DNA of 64,000 bases from Escherichia coli (GCF_003019035.1 NZ_CP027447.1), one strand, 5' to 3'. Counted from the stretch's first letter, positions 10,311 through 25,868 are shown. Program-made: numbers and translations. The notes: generated from the sequence alone by a model not told the origin.

Positions 10311-10979
10311 CTATTTCACGGGAATGAACTTATCACCCTGCCAAAGTGCAACCCGTCCTTTGTTATCCGCCGTGTCCACGCGGGTAAAACGACGCGACTT
10401 GCCCGGCATCAGGTAGTAATTCTCTTTACACTCTTTACCATTGGCGGCTTTCAGGCAGGGGCCGTAGGCGAGGATCCGCAGCGTCGCATTTCCTGTATTT
10501 GTCAGGGAGCCGTTGGCGTACTGAAAGTGGTAGTTTGCCTGGCGGGGTGCGACGACCAGAATGGTGCCGATGCGGGCGGAAGCAGTGGCCACAGCGCTGC
10601 GGTTGGCATTATCGCGCTGCGCATCACTGAGGGCCTGATCAAACCAGACAATGCGGTAGTAGCGCTCTTTTTCATCTGCGGGTCCCTTATAGAAGAAGCG
10701 GATCACTTCGCTGGCTTGGGCGGGTAGCAGCAAGCTAGCGGGAGTGAGTAGCAACTCATCCGGCTTGTCCATTGAGATAACCTGCCCGTCGTCAAGCGGT
10801 GAAGAGAGCCGTTCGAGACGGATATTGATGAGGCGACCACTGTCGGTACTGTTTTTGATCGTTTTGCTCAGCGTGCTGCTGTCACTGTTCATAAACGATG
10901 ATATATCGCCGACATCCAGCGCCTGGGCCGGAGATATTCCGGATAACAGCAAAGCGAGAGGCAGAAGGTGCTTTTTCAT
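10311..10979 (-). CDS. ecpB: E. coli common pilus chaperone EcpB
   Basis: 222-aa ORF with signal peptide [20 protein letters not shown]. Confidence 0.9.
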   Translation of the reverse strand: MKKHLLPLALLLSGISPAQALDVGDISSFMNSDSSTLSKTIKNSTDSGRLINIRLERLSSPLDDGQVISMDKPDELLLTPASLLLPAQASEVIRFFYKGPADEKERYYRIVWFDQALSDAQRDNANRSAVATASARIGTILVVAPRQANYHFQYANGSLTNTGNATLRILAYGPCLKAANGKECKENYYLMPGKSRRFTRVDTADNKGRVALWQGDKFIPVK

Positions 10980-11036
10980 AACAATTCCGTCCAGGAATAA
11001 AGCAGGGGGGCTACCCCTGCTGGTACATCAGAGAGA

Positions 11037-11624
11037 TTAACTGGTCCAGGTCGCGTCGAACTGTACGCTAACGTCGCCGCTCCAGATGCCTTCCGGTAGA
11101 GTGCTGTAATCGGTTACTGCGGTGGTACCATTGGTGGTGCCGCTGATGATGGAGAAAGTGAAACCATCCTGTGCGGTGGTACGATTGCTGGCATTGTAAC
11201 CGTTAGCCAGCGGGCTAAGGTTGCCGCCCAGTACGCCGTTGGCGGTATCGATCATCACGGTATCGCCAGTTTTTTCGACTGCCGCGCCGTTATAATCCAC
11301 GCCCACATTCAGTGTGGAACCTGAGGTATCCAACTGGGTTAAGGTGTTGGTGATAAGACGTGAGGTCAGTTTAAAGGCGGTAGCCGTTGAGTCACCCTCG
11401 ATAGCCACGTCAAATAGACCTTTCTGTGAGTTAAAACCTTTAATGCCTTCGGCATACTGGAACGCCAGGCTACCGAGTGGCGTCACAACCAGCTTACTGG
11501 TGGTGTCTTTTTTGGCTGTTGCTGACCAGGTCGCTACAGCCTGAGCTGTTACGTCAGCAGCCTGCGCCACACCTGTACCGGTAAACACCGTTACCAGAGC
11601 TATTGCCAGAACCTTTTTTTTCAT
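11037..11624 (-). CDS. ecpA: E. coli common pilus major subunit EcpA (MatB)
   Basis: 195-aa [38 protein letters not shown]... recognised as EcpA. Confidence 0.9.
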   Translation of the reverse strand: MKKKVLAIALVTVFTGTGVAQAADVTAQAVATWSATAKKDTTSKLVVTPLGSLAFQYAEGIKGFNSQKGLFDVAIEGDSTATAFKLTSRLITNTLTQLDTSGSTLNVGVDYNGAAVEKTGDTVMIDTANGVLGGNLSPLANGYNASNRTTAQDGFTFSIISGTTNGTTAVTDYSTLPEGIWSGDVSVQFDATWTS

Positions 11625-11698
11625 TGCTTTTCTTCCCGAGTTGAATTGAGGACATGAAGTCCCGGTGAGTCATTTTTTAAAACTAACTTGCCTGGAGT

Positions 11699-12310
<612 letters not shown>

Positions 12311-12693
12311 TTACAGGTACATTCAGTTTCTTTAGTAAATCGGAAGTAAATAAGATACGTAGCACATATCAATATAGGTTAAACGAGATTAAGTTTTAAT
12401 TATTTCGATTAGGTTTAAATTTATGTTTTTTTCCTGATGAGTGTCAATATGTGAACAGAAAATGAATTCCATGGTTAAGTCAATATTTACAAAAAATGAA
12501 AATATTGCTTTTTTGATAAGAAGAAAAAGACATTCAGTTTCATAAGGTTATTGGCAATATAACGTTCAATTCTTACTTGCATTTTATATTAGCCAGGAAC
12601 TTTGCCCTGAGGTGTTAGGAATAGTCTTAATGTGTTGTGTAATGGACTAGTAAAAAAACAAGTTTAAATGATAAGAAATGGAATATAAAACTA

Positions 12694-12918
12694 TCATAAG
12701 TCATAATTAAAGATGATTTGCCAATCAGTAAGGTGTTTTAATGGATTAACATGCCGCACAAAATGGTTATGGGTGTTCATTCCAATAAGTGATGAAAAAT
12801 TAAACAGGTGTAAGTACGTCATCTGTCCGGTAAGCCCCCTAAGAGCCAAATTAAGTGAAGTTAAACGAAGACTGCCAGTTGTCACAGGAACGATGGCCTC
12901 TTTGCCAGGGCACTGCAT
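12694..12918 (-). CDS. ykgL: Small hypothetical protein, possibly YkgL
   Basis: 74-aa ORF at the position where I recall ykgL (75 aa) in K-12; identity not verified. Confidence 0.35.
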   Translation of the reverse strand: MQCPGKEAIVPVTTGSLRLTSLNLALRGLTGQMTYLHLFNFSSLIGMNTHNHFVRHVNPLKHLTDWQIIFNYDL

Positions 12919-13324
12919 TCAGTCATCTGTGCGCGTTACTCTAGCTGGCACTCGAACGTCGGCGATGGGGTTACCGATGGATCAGGCCGTTCCTGTGGCG
13001 TAAACGTTTTTATGCCAGTACCAACAGATTTACCACATTTATCATCTTAATAGTTTGAGTGTAAATGCAGGCTGCGTCGCAAAGGGAGGAAACTGAGTGA
13101 CGTGTTCAGTCTAAAATAGAGTTGATGCCAGCATACAGGGCGAAGCTGGTCAACAAGTCAACATTAATATAATGGAATATTCGGAGAGAAACGTCAGGCA
13201 GTTGACCTTAAATGAACAGGAAGATACATCCCCAGAAAAATTAATGCTGGTGTAATAAATACACCAACATTAATCCGGTTTGATTATTAATCAGACAAAT
13301 ATCGTTAATTCGTCGAATTTTAAA

Positions 13325-13465
13325 TCAACGTTTTTTCTTACGACCCTGAACGGCCTTAAAACGTGGATTAGATTTACAAATCACATACAGCCGTCCTTTT
13401 CGCTTCACAATCTGACAGTCTGGATGGCGTTCTTTTGCGGTACGCAGAGAGTTAAGGACTTTCAT
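13325..13465 (-). CDS. rpmJ2: 50S ribosomal protein L36 paralog (zinc-independent)
   Basis: My translation: [46 protein letters not shown] (46 aa); the ATG overlaps the rpmE2 stop (ATGA). Below the ORF-track size cut-off. Confidence 0.85.
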   Translation of the reverse strand: MKVLNSLRTAKERHPDCQIVKRKGRLYVICKSNPRFKAVQGRKKKR

Positions 13466-13731
13466 CATGCCCCCTTTTTCGTGCTAACAAAACGACCAAA
13501 ACGTTGGGTGAATCGTGCAACATTTCCTTCTGATGCCACTGTTCTCAGCTTCCCTGTATAGAACGGGTGCGATTTAGAAGAGACATCAATTGTCACGTAC
13601 GGATACGTTACGCCATCCAGCTCAATCTCACGGTCTGTTTTGATAGTCGAGCCGATTTTAAAGTACTCATCAACACTGGTGTCGTGGAACACCACAGTAC
13701 GATACTCAGGATGGATATTGGGCTTCATCAT
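13465..13731 (-). CDS. rpmE2: 50S ribosomal protein L31 paralog (type B, zinc-independent)
   Basis: 88-aa [64 protein letters not shown]... Confidence 0.9.
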
Positions 13732-13739
13732 TTTTACCT

Positions 13740-13757
13740 GTTATGTTATAACATAAC
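13740..13757. promoter_or_regulatory. Zur box upstream of rpmE2-rpmJ2
   Basis: Perfect 18-bp palindrome GTTATGTTATAACATAAC immediately upstream of the rpmE2 start; this operon is known to be Zur-repressed. Confidence 0.6.
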
Positions 13758-14667
13758 TATAAAGATACATGCTCATCCGGATCATTTCAACACCCAATCC
13801 CTGTGACTATTTGTGGGATGTGGAATTTCCGCAACGGGGAAGTCTGAAATTGTTAGCAGCCATTGGCGACGCTCCCATAAACGCCTGGATGAGTGATTGA
13901 TGATGGTTTCGCTGAGAGTATGGATTTTTCGAGAATGGAGGCTATCTCCACTTTACTGGCCGATGATTTATCGCAGTTTGATTGATTACCTGACAGCGTA
14001 TATTCCTCTCCCACGGATATAATAATTACTTACAAAAAAGGGAGAGGATGCATATTTTAAATATCACTGAAGTGAACAGTTTATTGCCGTTATTAATAGA
14101 AATGGAGAAATAAATAGGCGTATTCTACAATTGCGACAAAAACAACGATATTAATCAGTTTATGACTGATTTGCTGTACTTTATTCTCTTTCATTGGTAC
14201 TTCCTCGCTTTAAAAAAGAGTGCACTTCGTAAGTGCCCTTATATAAATAACGAGTTTGGTCAACCAATTTTTTGACATGTATCACAAATTTGAATAGATG
14301 TATTACATCGGCTATCTTTTATTGCCCCAACGTCATTGATATATGTCGCCTGAAGTCAGTTCCGGGAATGAGTCTGATCTCAAGATTGGCCCAGCCCTGG
14401 CGTTGATTGGCGCTGAGGAGCATATCGCATCTCATCGTAATGTCGTATCTCCTGGGGTGTTATACAAGATATCGTTGTAGGTAACCAGGGAGAGGAATTG
14501 AGTTCTATTAAACCGTCAACTATGCCGGATACATACTGGATTACACTGCAGGCACGCCTTACGAGAGAACGTGCCGCAGTGACGGGTTAATTATCTGAAA
14601 GAATTTGTGAGGCTGTATCGGTTACTCATTGGTTTGATAGTTTTACTCTCGGGAGAGTAATAGATAT

Positions 14668-15810
14668 TTAATCCATTAACGGAAACCAGCCAGTTCCTTT
14701 CGATGTCTGAATTTGATCCCATAGTTTATCCGGAATGGTTAATTCATGAACAAGTTGTGGATTAAGGGTTGTTTGAATTTCATGGTCTCTACCTGATTCA
14801 GCTAAAGTCACCCATTCTGGATTTATCACCAGCCCTTTACCGATCGCAACAAGTGGCAGGCCAGTGGAAATTGCTTCTTGAGCCTGAGACGGTGTGCGTA
14901 TTTTACCTGCAGCGATTACCGGCACTCTGCCTGCAATATGATTTAAAATCAATTCAATAGTTCGGGGGCCATTTGGCGACTCAACAGGGTAGCTATCGTT
15001 AATACTGACCAGTGAGGTATGTATATACGAAATACCGGATGAAATGAGCCGATCAAGGAGTTTATAAGTATCCTCTATCCGCAGCCCCCCTGTTGCAGAT
15101 TCTTCAGGAGATATTCTGTAACCGATGGCAAAGGGCTTTGTCGCATATTCATAGACTACATTTTTTACTTCCTGTAATACGGCCAGCGGGAAGCGCATAC
15201 GTCCTTCGAGATCTCCTCCCCATCGGTCATTACGCTGGTTAAATAGAGGGGAGAAGAAATTCTGCAGAAGGAATCCGTGCGCACCATGAAGTTCAACGCC
15301 ATCAAAACCTGCTTTAATCGCCCTTTTTGTGACATCTCCGAATGCTCTAATGGTTTCCTGAATTTCGTTTTCAGTCATTTCCCTGCTTTGTACCACTCTC
15401 TTCATAAAGTCACCAGATTTTACGCTTGATGCGCTGGCACTAATAACATCGTTATTTGGCACAAGCTCCGGGATGGCTTTATTACCGGCGTGGAAAATCT
15501 GCAAAATAGCCGGAGCACCGCCACTTTTGGCTGCAGCTGCTAACTTTTCAAGGCTGTTAATGAAACGGTCGTCATACGCGGCAAATTCATGAGTAAACCC
15601 AATGCCGCTTGGCGTGACATAGGTGCATCCTGTTATTACTAAACCAACATTTTGTGAGCGACGTTTATAAAATTCGAGTTCTTGCTCAGAGATGGTTCCA
15701 TCAGGATTCGCTGACCAGGTCGTCATAGGAGCCATAACGATACGATTACGTAGCTTTATTTTTTCTGTCAGCATAAAAGGAGAAAACAATGATGGGTGTT
15801 TATTTGTCAT
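14668..15810 (-). CDS. NADH:flavin oxidoreductase, Old Yellow Enzyme family
   Basis: 380-aa ORF with OYE-like segments (IVMAPMTT, LQIFHAGNKA, FDGVELHGAHGFLLQNFFSP). Confidence 0.75.
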   Translation of the reverse strand: MTNKHPSLFSPFMLTEKIKLRNRIVMAPMTTWSANPDGTISEQELEFYKRRSQNVGLVITGCTYVTPSGIGFTHEFAAYDDRFINSLEKLAAAAKSGGAPAILQIFHAGNKAIPELVPNNDVISASASSVKSGDFMKRVVQSREMTENEIQETIRAFGDVTKRAIKAGFDGVELHGAHGFLLQNFFSPLFNQRNDRWGGDLEGRMRFPLAVLQEVKNVVYEYATKPFAIGYRISPEESATGGLRIEDTYKLLDRLISSGISYIHTSLVSINDSYPVESPNGPRTIELILNHIAGRVPVIAAGKIRTPSQAQEAISTGLPLVAIGKGLVINPEWVTLAESGRDHEIQTTLNPQLVHELTIPDKLWDQIQTSKGTGWFPLMD

Positions 15811-16054
15811 AACAATACCTCAAATGTTTATCTGATTTTGATGCGTATGTTTTAACTGGTTAGTTGTTGCCAGCTTTGGAACCAAGATTTATGGCTTTAT
15901 TTATAATTCCTTCAAAGGGTTTCTAATAATCTTAATAATTGAGTTGCTGCTTTTTTGTTTCTTTAATGAAATTTCTTTTTGAGTAATTTTATTATTGTTG
16001 TGTAGTCAATAAAGGATAAATGTCAGGGAGATAAGGAATCTCCCTGTAAGATTA

Positions 16055-16975
16055 TTACAAATGTGTTTTATAAAAAGGAATTAATTTGTCGAGTGCCTGT
16101 TTCACAGGTTCTGGCTTATCATACAGGTCGTAATGTGAATAACCTTCAACCACGACCAGCTCTTTATGTTTTGAGGCAGCGCGGCCAATAATTTCGCAGC
16201 CGTCACGGTAGGCACCAAATGCGCCCACTCTATCGCCCACCACAACCATTATTGGTTGAGTTAACAGGACTTCTGCAAGATGAAATGCATCCCAACCCAC
16301 GGCAACAGTCTGATGTGAGAATAGCGAACGATTTACCCCATTAGGTGCACAGCCTCGTGGCGAACGATAATATTCTGTTGCTTCAAAAAGGTCTATTTCT
16401 GTTAATCCCGCTTCAAGAGCTGCTTCCGGAGAAGAAGGGAGCAAATCATCTACGCGAAGTTTTGCGCCGTTAGCTTCGTCTGTTCTTTGTTGCGCCATTG
16501 CTTCGAGTGCTCCGATAGGATTAAACGCTGTAAATCCCTCACGCATAAGACGCCCGTAGTTTGCACCCGTGACAGTACCAATAGCTTTAATTCGACGTTC
16601 TGTCATTGCGGCATTAATGGCATATCCACCTCCACCACAAATACCCAGTACACCAATACGCCCGGCATCAACGTAAGGTAAGCTGGTAAGATAATCAACG
16701 ACAATGCTGAAGTCTTTTACTCGCATTGTTGGATCTTCCAGATAACGCGGTTCTCCACCGCTGCTTCCCTGAAAACTGGCATCAAAAGCAATGACGATAA
16801 AGCCAGCTTTTGCCAGGGCGGCACCATACACACTACCCGATGTCTGTTCTTTGCAGCTTCCAATTGGATGGGCGCTGATAATGGCAGGATACTTTTTTTC
16901 ACTATTAAAATCGTCAGGGAAATAGATATCAGCAGCTATATCCCAGTAAGTATGTTTTATCGAAACAGTTTTCAT
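16055..16975 (-). CDS. Alpha/beta hydrolase, dienelactone-hydrolase-like
   Basis: 306-aa ORF; nucleophile elbow with cysteine (GICGGGG) as in dienelactone hydrolases. Confidence 0.65.
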   Translation of the reverse strand: MKTVSIKHTYWDIAADIYFPDDFNSEKKYPAIISAHPIGSCKEQTSGSVYGAALAKAGFIVIAFDASFQGSSGGEPRYLEDPTMRVKDFSIVVDYLTSLPYVDAGRIGVLGICGGGGYAINAAMTERRIKAIGTVTGANYGRLMREGFTAFNPIGALEAMAQQRTDEANGAKLRVDDLLPSSPEAALEAGLTEIDLFEATEYYRSPRGCAPNGVNRSLFSHQTVAVGWDAFHLAEVLLTQPIMVVVGDRVGAFGAYRDGCEIIGRAASKHKELVVVEGYSHYDLYDKPEPVKQALDKLIPFYKTHL

Positions 16976-17131
16976 TTCAAGCTCCGGGGATTTGCCTAAA
17001 CAGATTTAAATATCATTTCTATTATCCGCAACTGGCATTCGTGTTCATATCGAGAACGGCGTAATAGTATGACTTGTATTGGTTATCATCAATGGTCTAA
17101 TATCTATCACAGTGTTAAGTTAAGGTTTACA

Positions 17132-18058
17132 ATGATGAAAATAGAGCCTTCAATTTTGCCTTCTCTTGCCTGGTTTGCGCTTATTGTTCGTGCCGGCAGT
17201 TTTTCCAGAGCCGCTTCTGAAATGGGTATTACGCGGGCCGCATTGTCCCAGAATTTAAAATCTCTTGAGGAACGTCTTAACACCAAGCTGATATACCGTA
17301 CGACCCGCAATATGTCGCTTACTGAGGAAGGACAGCGTCTGTATGAAGTGCTGGTGTCGGCTTTGGGGCAAATTGATGATGCGTTGAAAGATGTCGGTGA
17401 TACCCAACTTGAACCTACAGGACTGTTGAGAATAAATTCCTCCCGTGTTGCAGCAAGGATGCTTGTTGAGCCTCATATTGGCGAGTTTCTTACTCGTTAC
17501 CCCAAAACAAAGATAGAACTCATTATGGATGACGGTTTATCTAACATTATTGCGGACGGCTGTGATGTGGGCATACGTCTTGAGCAAGGACTGGATGAGC
17601 ATATGACTGCCGTTCCTGTTTCTCCGCTTATTAAACTGGTTACTGTGGCATCGCCAGATTATTTAAAAGAACACGGTATTCCTGAAACTCCTCAGGAATT
17701 GAGTAACCATAATTGTCTTCGGTTGCGGCATAAAAGTAGCGGTGCACTCTCAGCATGGGAGTTTTCGAATGTTGTGGGGGGTAATGAAGAGTTCGAAATA
17801 GAGGTGTCAGGTAAGTATATTTCTAATGATGACGAAAGCATGATACGAATGGCGCTGAATGGAACGGGTATCATTCAACATCTGGATTTTGCAATCGCTG
17901 AACATATCAATGCGGGCAAGTTACAGCCGATTCTTGAGGATTGGGCCGTTTCATTTCCTGGATTTTATATATATGTTTCATCACGGGTGAGAATGCCCTC
18001 TAAAGTTCGTGCTTTTATTGATTTTATGGTGGAGAAAAGAGTAAAAATAGAAAGTTAA
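17132..18058 (+). CDS. LysR-family transcriptional regulator
   Basis: N-terminal HTH (FSRAASEMGITRAALSQNLKSLEERL) and LysR substrate-binding domain; start set at the internal MMKIEPS. Confidence 0.8.
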   Translation: MMKIEPSILPSLAWFALIVRAGSFSRAASEMGITRAALSQNLKSLEERLNTKLIYRTTRNMSLTEEGQRLYEVLVSALGQIDDALKDVGDTQLEPTGLLRINSSRVAARMLVEPHIGEFLTRYPKTKIELIMDDGLSNIIADGCDVGIRLEQGLDEHMTAVPVSPLIKLVTVASPDYLKEHGIPETPQELSNHNCLRLRHKSSGALSAWEFSNVVGGNEEFEIEVSGKYISNDDESMIRMALNGTGIIQHLDFAIAEHINAGKLQPILEDWAVSFPGFYIYVSSRVRMPSKVRAFIDFMVEKRVKIES

Positions 18059-18140
18059 TGATGTGTGTCAGAATATCGGTAAGAAGAATGGCGCAATCGT
18101 GAGGATACGTTTATTCATAATAAATCTCCTGAAAGTTTAG

Positions 18141-21064
<2,924 letters not shown>

Positions 21065-21614
21065 TTATCGTTCATGAGAAGCATAACGTAAAGGGAAGAG
21101 CTCGATTAGACGGCAGGATTTGTCAGGGGTTATGAACGAAATTCATAAATCTGTTTGAGTGTTGAGATGAGTAGTGCAAGTTCGATATCCCCGGAATTTA
21201 CAGTTCGATGAAGGAAAATGAATATCCATAAAAAATATATTGGTTTATCCTGGCGTATATACCTACTTCGACGTATTGCCAATCGTGGTAAATTAAAGGT
21301 AGGTCATTATTATTCACTCTGAATAATGAATTATTCACTGTCCGCAGAGTAATAAATATAACTTAGGTATCTATTTAATGACTTGCACAAAAAGCTAAAT
21401 TTTCACCCATAAATAAAAATATAATCCCGCGCCCAACCACCTGATGAGTGGCTACAGGCACTGGATATATTAGGTGGCGGTGTACTTTCTTACATAAAGG
21501 TATTTCCTTTTCTGCGGAAAAGGAAACCGGGAAATCCCCGGTTTTTCTGACAAGCAGACGCCATTATTTGTGTCTGCCTATGTTCGTTAATTCGTTCATC
21601 AGGAAATTATCTCA

Positions 21615-24600
21615 ATGTCACGTTATAAAACAGGTCATAAACAACCACGATTTCGTTATTCAGTTCTGGCCCGCTGCGTGGCGTGGGCAAATATCTCTGT
21701 TCAGGTTCTTTTTCCACTCGCAGTCACTTTTACCCCAGTAATGGCGGCACGTGCGCAGCATGCGGTTCAGCCACGGTTGAGCATGGGAAATACTACGGTA
21801 ACTGCTGATAATAACGTGGAGAAAAATGTCGCGTCGTTTGCCGCAAATGCCGGGACATTTTTAAGCAGTCAGCCAGATAGCGATGCGACACGTAACTTTA
21901 TTACCGGAATGGCCACCGCTAAAGCTAACCAGGAAATACAGGAGTGGCTCGGGAAATACGGTACTGCGCGCGTCAAACTGAATGTCGATAAAAATTTCTC
22001 GCTGAAGGACTCTTCGCTGGAAATGCTTTATCCGATTTATGATACACCGACAAATATGTTGTTCACTCAGGGGGCAATACATCGTACCGACGATCGTACT
22101 CAGTCAAATATTGGTTTTGGCTGGCGCCATTTTTCAGAAAATGACTGGATGGCGGGGGTGAATACTTTTATCGATCATGATTTATCCCGTAGTCATACCC
22201 GCATTGGTGTTGGTGCGGAATACTGGCGTGATTATTTGAAACTGAGCGCCAATGGTTATATCCGGGCTTCTGGCTGGAAAAAATCGCCGGATGTTGAGGA
22301 TTATCAGGAACGCCCGGCGAATGGCTGGGATATTCGTGCTGAGGGCTATTTACCTGCCTGGCCGCAGCTTGGCGCAAGCCTGATGTATGAACAGTATTAT
22401 GGCGATGAAGTCGGGCTGTTTGGTAAAGATAAACGCCAGAAAGATCCACATGCGATTACCGCTGAAGTGAATTACACGCCAGTGCCTCTTCTGACCCTGA
22501 GTGCCGGGCATAAGCAGGGCAAGAGTGGTGAGAATGACACTCGCTTTGGCCTGGAAGTTAATTATCGTATTGGCGAACCCCTGGAAAAACAACTCGATAC
22601 AGACAGCATTCGCGAGCGTCGAATGCTGGCAGGCAGCCGCTATGACCTGGTTGAGCGTAATAACAATATCGTTCTTGAGTATCGCAAATCTGAAGTGATC
22701 CGTATTGCTCTGCCTGAGCGTATTGAAGGCAAGGGCGGCCAGACGGTTTCCCTGGGGCTTGTGGTCAGCAAAGCAACTCACGGTCTGAAAAATGTGCAAT
22801 GGGAAGCGCCGTCTTTGCTGGCCGCAGGCGGAAAAATTACGGGGCAGGGCAATCAGTGGCAAGTGACGCTCCCGGCTTATCAGGCAGGCAAAGACAATTA
22901 TTATGCGATTTCAGCGATTGCCTACGATAACAAAGGCAATGCCTCGAAACGTGTGCAGACAGAAGTGGTTATTAGCGGAGCTGGTATGAGCGCCGATCGT
23001 ACGGCGTTAACGCTTGACGGTCAGAGCCGTATTCAAATGCTTGCTAACGGTAATGAGCAAAAGCCGCTGGTGCTGTCTCTGCGCGACGCCGAGGGCCAGC
23101 CAGTCACGGGCATGAAAGATCAGATCAAGACTGAACTAACCTTCAAACCGGCTGGAAATATTGTGACTCGTACCCTGAAGGCCACTAAATCACAGGCAAA
23201 GCCAACACTGGGTGAGTTCACCGAAACTGAAGCAGGGGTGTATCAGTCTGTCTTTACTACCGGAACGCAGTCAGGTGAGGCAACGATTACTGTTAGCATT
23301 GATGGCATGAGCAAAACCGTCACTGCAGAATTGCGCGCCACGATGATGGATGTGTCGAAGTCTACCCTGAGCGTGAATGAACTCTCAGGAGACGTGGTTG
23401 CTGATGGTCAGCAATCCCACACGCTGACGCTTACTGCGGTGGATACTGATGGTAACCCGGTGACGGGAGAAGCCAGCCGCCTGCGACTTGTTCCGCAAGA
23501 CACTAATGGTGTAACCGTTGGTGCCATTTCGGAAATAAAACCAGGGGTTTACAGCGCCACGGTTTCTTCGACCCGTGCCGGAAACGTTGTTGTGCGTGCC
23601 TTCAGCGAGCAGTATCAGCTGGGCACATTACAACAAACGCTGAAGTTTGTTGCCGGGCCGCTTGATGCAGCACATTCGTCCATCACACTGAATCCTGATA
23701 AACCGGTGGTTGGCGGTACAGTTACGGCAATCTGGACGGCAAAAGATGCTAATGACAACCCTGTAACCAGCCTCACGCCGGAAGCGCCGTCATTAGCGGG
23801 TGCTGCGGCTGTAGGTTCTACGGCATCTGGCTGGACAAATAATGGTGATGGAACATGGACTGCGCAGATTACTCTCGGCTCTACGGCGGGTGAATTAGAC
23901 GTTATGCCGAAGCTAAATGGACAGGATGCGGCAGCAAATGCGGCAAAAGTAACCGTGGTGGCTGATGCATTATCTTCAAACCAGTCGAAAGTCTCTGTCG
24001 CAGAAGATCACGTAAAAGCCGGTGAAAGCACAACCGTGACGCTTATTGCAAAAGATGCGCATGGCAACGCTATCAGTGGCCTTTCCCTGTCGGCAAGCCT
24101 GACGGGTGCTGCGTCTGAAGGGGCGACGGTATCCAACTGGACCGAGCAGGGCGATGGTTCCTATGTCGCTACGCTGACCACAGGGGGAAAGACGGGTGAG
24201 CTTCTCGTTATGCCGCTATTCAACGGTCAGCCAGCAGCCACCGAAGCCGCGCAGCTGACTGTTATTGCCGGAGAGATGTCATCAGCGAACTCTACGCTTG
24301 TTGCGGACAATAAGGCTCCGACCGTCAAAGCGACGACGGAACTTACCTTCACCGCGAAGGATGCGTATGGGAACCCTGTTAGTGGCCTGAAGCTCGATGC
24401 ACCAGTGTTTAGCGGTGCCGCCAGCACGGGATCAGAGCGACCTTCAGCAGGAAGCTGGACAGAGCAAAGTAATGGGGTCTACGTGGCGACCTTAACGCTG
24501 GGATCGGCTGCAGGCCAGCTATCAGTCATGCCGCGCGTGAACGGCCAAAATGCCGTTGCTCAACCACTGGTGCTGAATGTTGCAGGTGACGCTTCCCGGG

Positions 24601-25868
24601 CAGTGATCAGTGATATGGCGGTGAAGGTGAATAACCAACTGGCAAATGGACAGTCTGCTAACCAGGTAACCCTGACCGTCGTGGACAGCTATGGTAACCC
24701 GTTGCAGGGGCAAGAAGTTACGCTGACTTTACCGCAGGGTGTGACCAGCAAGACGGGGAATACAGTAACAACCAATGCGGCAGGTAAAGCGGATATTGAG
24801 TTGATATCAACCGTTGCAGGGGAACTTGAAATCGCGGCCGCGGTGAAAAACTCTAAGAAGACGGTCACGGTGAAATTCAACGCGGATGCCAGCACCGGTC
24901 AGGCAAACCTGCAGGTAGACACCGCCGTTCAAAAAGTGGCAAACGGCAAAGATGCCTTTACGCTGACGGCGACCGTTGAGGATAAAAACGGTAACCCTGT
25001 TCCAGGAACTCTGGTGACCTTTAATCTGCCTCGGGGTGTCAAGCCGCTTACAGGCGATAATGTCTGGGTGAAAGCCAACGATGAGGGGAAAGCAGAGTTG
25101 CAGGTGGTTTCAGTGACTGCCGGAACGTATGAGATCACGGCATCGGCAGGGAATAGCCAGCCTTCGAATACGCAGACTATAACGTTTGTAGCCGATAAGG
25201 CTACCGCAACCGTCTCCGGTATTGAGGTGATTGGCAACTATGCACTGGCGGACGGCAAAGCCAAACAAACGTATAAAGTTACGGTGACTGATGCCAATAA
25301 GAATTTGGTGAAAGATAGCGAAGTGACGCTGACCGCCAGCCCGGCTTCGTTAAACCTGGAACCGAATGGCACTGCGACAACGAATGAGCAAGGGCAGGCT
25401 ATTTTCACCGCCACGACCACTGTCGCAGCGACATATACACTCACAGCGAAAGTGGAACAGGCCAACGGTCAGGAATCGACGAAAACTGCTGAATCTAAAT
25501 TCGTCGCGGATGATAAAAACGCGGTGCTCGCCGCATCATCTGATGTGACTTCTCTGGTGGCGGATGGGGTACAGACCGCAACAATGACGGTTACCCTGTT
25601 CTCGGCAAATAACCCTGTTGGGGGGAATGTGTGGGTCGACATTGAGGCTCCGGAAGGGGTGACAGAGGCGGATTATCAGTTCCTGCCGTCGAAGGCCGAC
25701 CATTTCGCGAGCGGGAAAATCACGCGTACATTTAGTACCAACAAGCCAGGTACATACACATTCACATTCAACTCTTTGACATATGGAGGGTATGAAATGA
25801 AACCAGTGACTGTGACCATTACCGCGGTGGATGCCAATACGGCAACGGGCGAGGAGGCGATGAAATAA
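21615..25868 (+). CDS. eaeH: Intimin/invasin-like adhesin EaeH (FdeC), apparently intact
   Basis: Single 1417-aa ORF with an N-terminal beta-domain-like region and a long repetitive Ig-like C-terminus; no insertion sequence interrupts it. Confidence 0.85.
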   Translation: MSRYKTGHKQPRFRYSVLARCVAWANISVQVLFPLAVTFTPVMAARAQHAVQPRLSMGNTTVTADNNVEKNVASFAANAGTFLSSQPDSDATRNFITGMATAKANQEIQEWLGKYGTARVKLNVDKNFSLKDSSLEMLYPIYDTPTNMLFTQGAIHRTDDRTQSNIGFGWRHFSENDWMAGVNTFIDHDLSRSHTRIGVGAEYWRDYLKLSANGYIRASGWKKSPDVEDYQERPANGWDIRAEGYLPAWPQLGASLMYEQYYGDEVGLFGKDKRQKDPHAITAEVNYTPVPLLTLSAGHKQGKSGENDTRFGLEVNYRIGEPLEKQLDTDSIRERRMLAGSRYDLVERNNNIVLEYRKSEVIRIALPERIEGKGGQTVSLGLVVSKATHGLKNVQWEAPSLLAAGGKITGQGNQWQVTLPAYQAGKDNYYAISAIAYDNKGNASKRVQTEVVISGAGMSADRTALTLDGQSRIQMLANGNEQKPLVLSLRDAEGQPVTGMKDQIKTELTFKPAGNIVTRTLKATKSQAKPTLGEFTETEAGVYQSVFTTGTQSGEATITVSIDGMSKTVTAELRATMMDVSKSTLSVNELSGDVVADGQQSHTLTLTAVDTDGNPVTGEASRLRLVPQDTNGVTVGAISEIKPGVYSATVSSTRAGNVVVRAFSEQYQLGTLQQTLKFVAGPLDAAHSSITLNPDKPVVGGTVTAIWTAKDANDNPVTSLTPEAPSLAGAAAVGSTASGWTNNGDGTWTAQITLGSTAGELDVMPKLNGQDAAANAAKVTVVADALSSNQSKVSVAEDHVKAGESTTVTLIAKDAHGNAISGLSLSASLTGAASEGATVSNWTEQGDGSYVATLTTGGKTGELLVMPLFNGQPAATEAAQLTVIAGEMSSANSTLVADNKAPTVKATTELTFTAKDAYGNPVSGLKLDAPVFSGAASTGSERPSAGSWTEQSNGVYVATLTLGSAAGQLSVMPRVNGQNAVAQPLVLNVAGDASRAVISDMAVKVNNQLANGQSANQVTLTVVDSYGNPLQGQEVTLTLPQGVTSKTGNTVTTNAAGKADIELISTVAGELEIAAAVKNSKKTVTVKFNADASTGQANLQVDTAVQKVANGKDAFTLTATVEDKNGNPVPGTLVTFNLPRGVKPLTGDNVWVKANDEGKAELQVVSVTAGTYEITASAGNSQPSNTQTITFVADKATATVSGIEVIGNYALADGKAKQTYKVTVTDANKNLVKDSEVTLTASPASLNLEPNGTATTNEQGQAIFTATTTVAATYTLTAKVEQANGQESTKTAESKFVADDKNAVLAASSDVTSLVADGVQTATMTVTLFSANNPVGGNVWVDIEAPEGVTEADYQFLPSKADHFASGKITRTFSTNKPGTYTFTFNSLTYGGYEMKPVTVTITAVDANTATGEEAMK

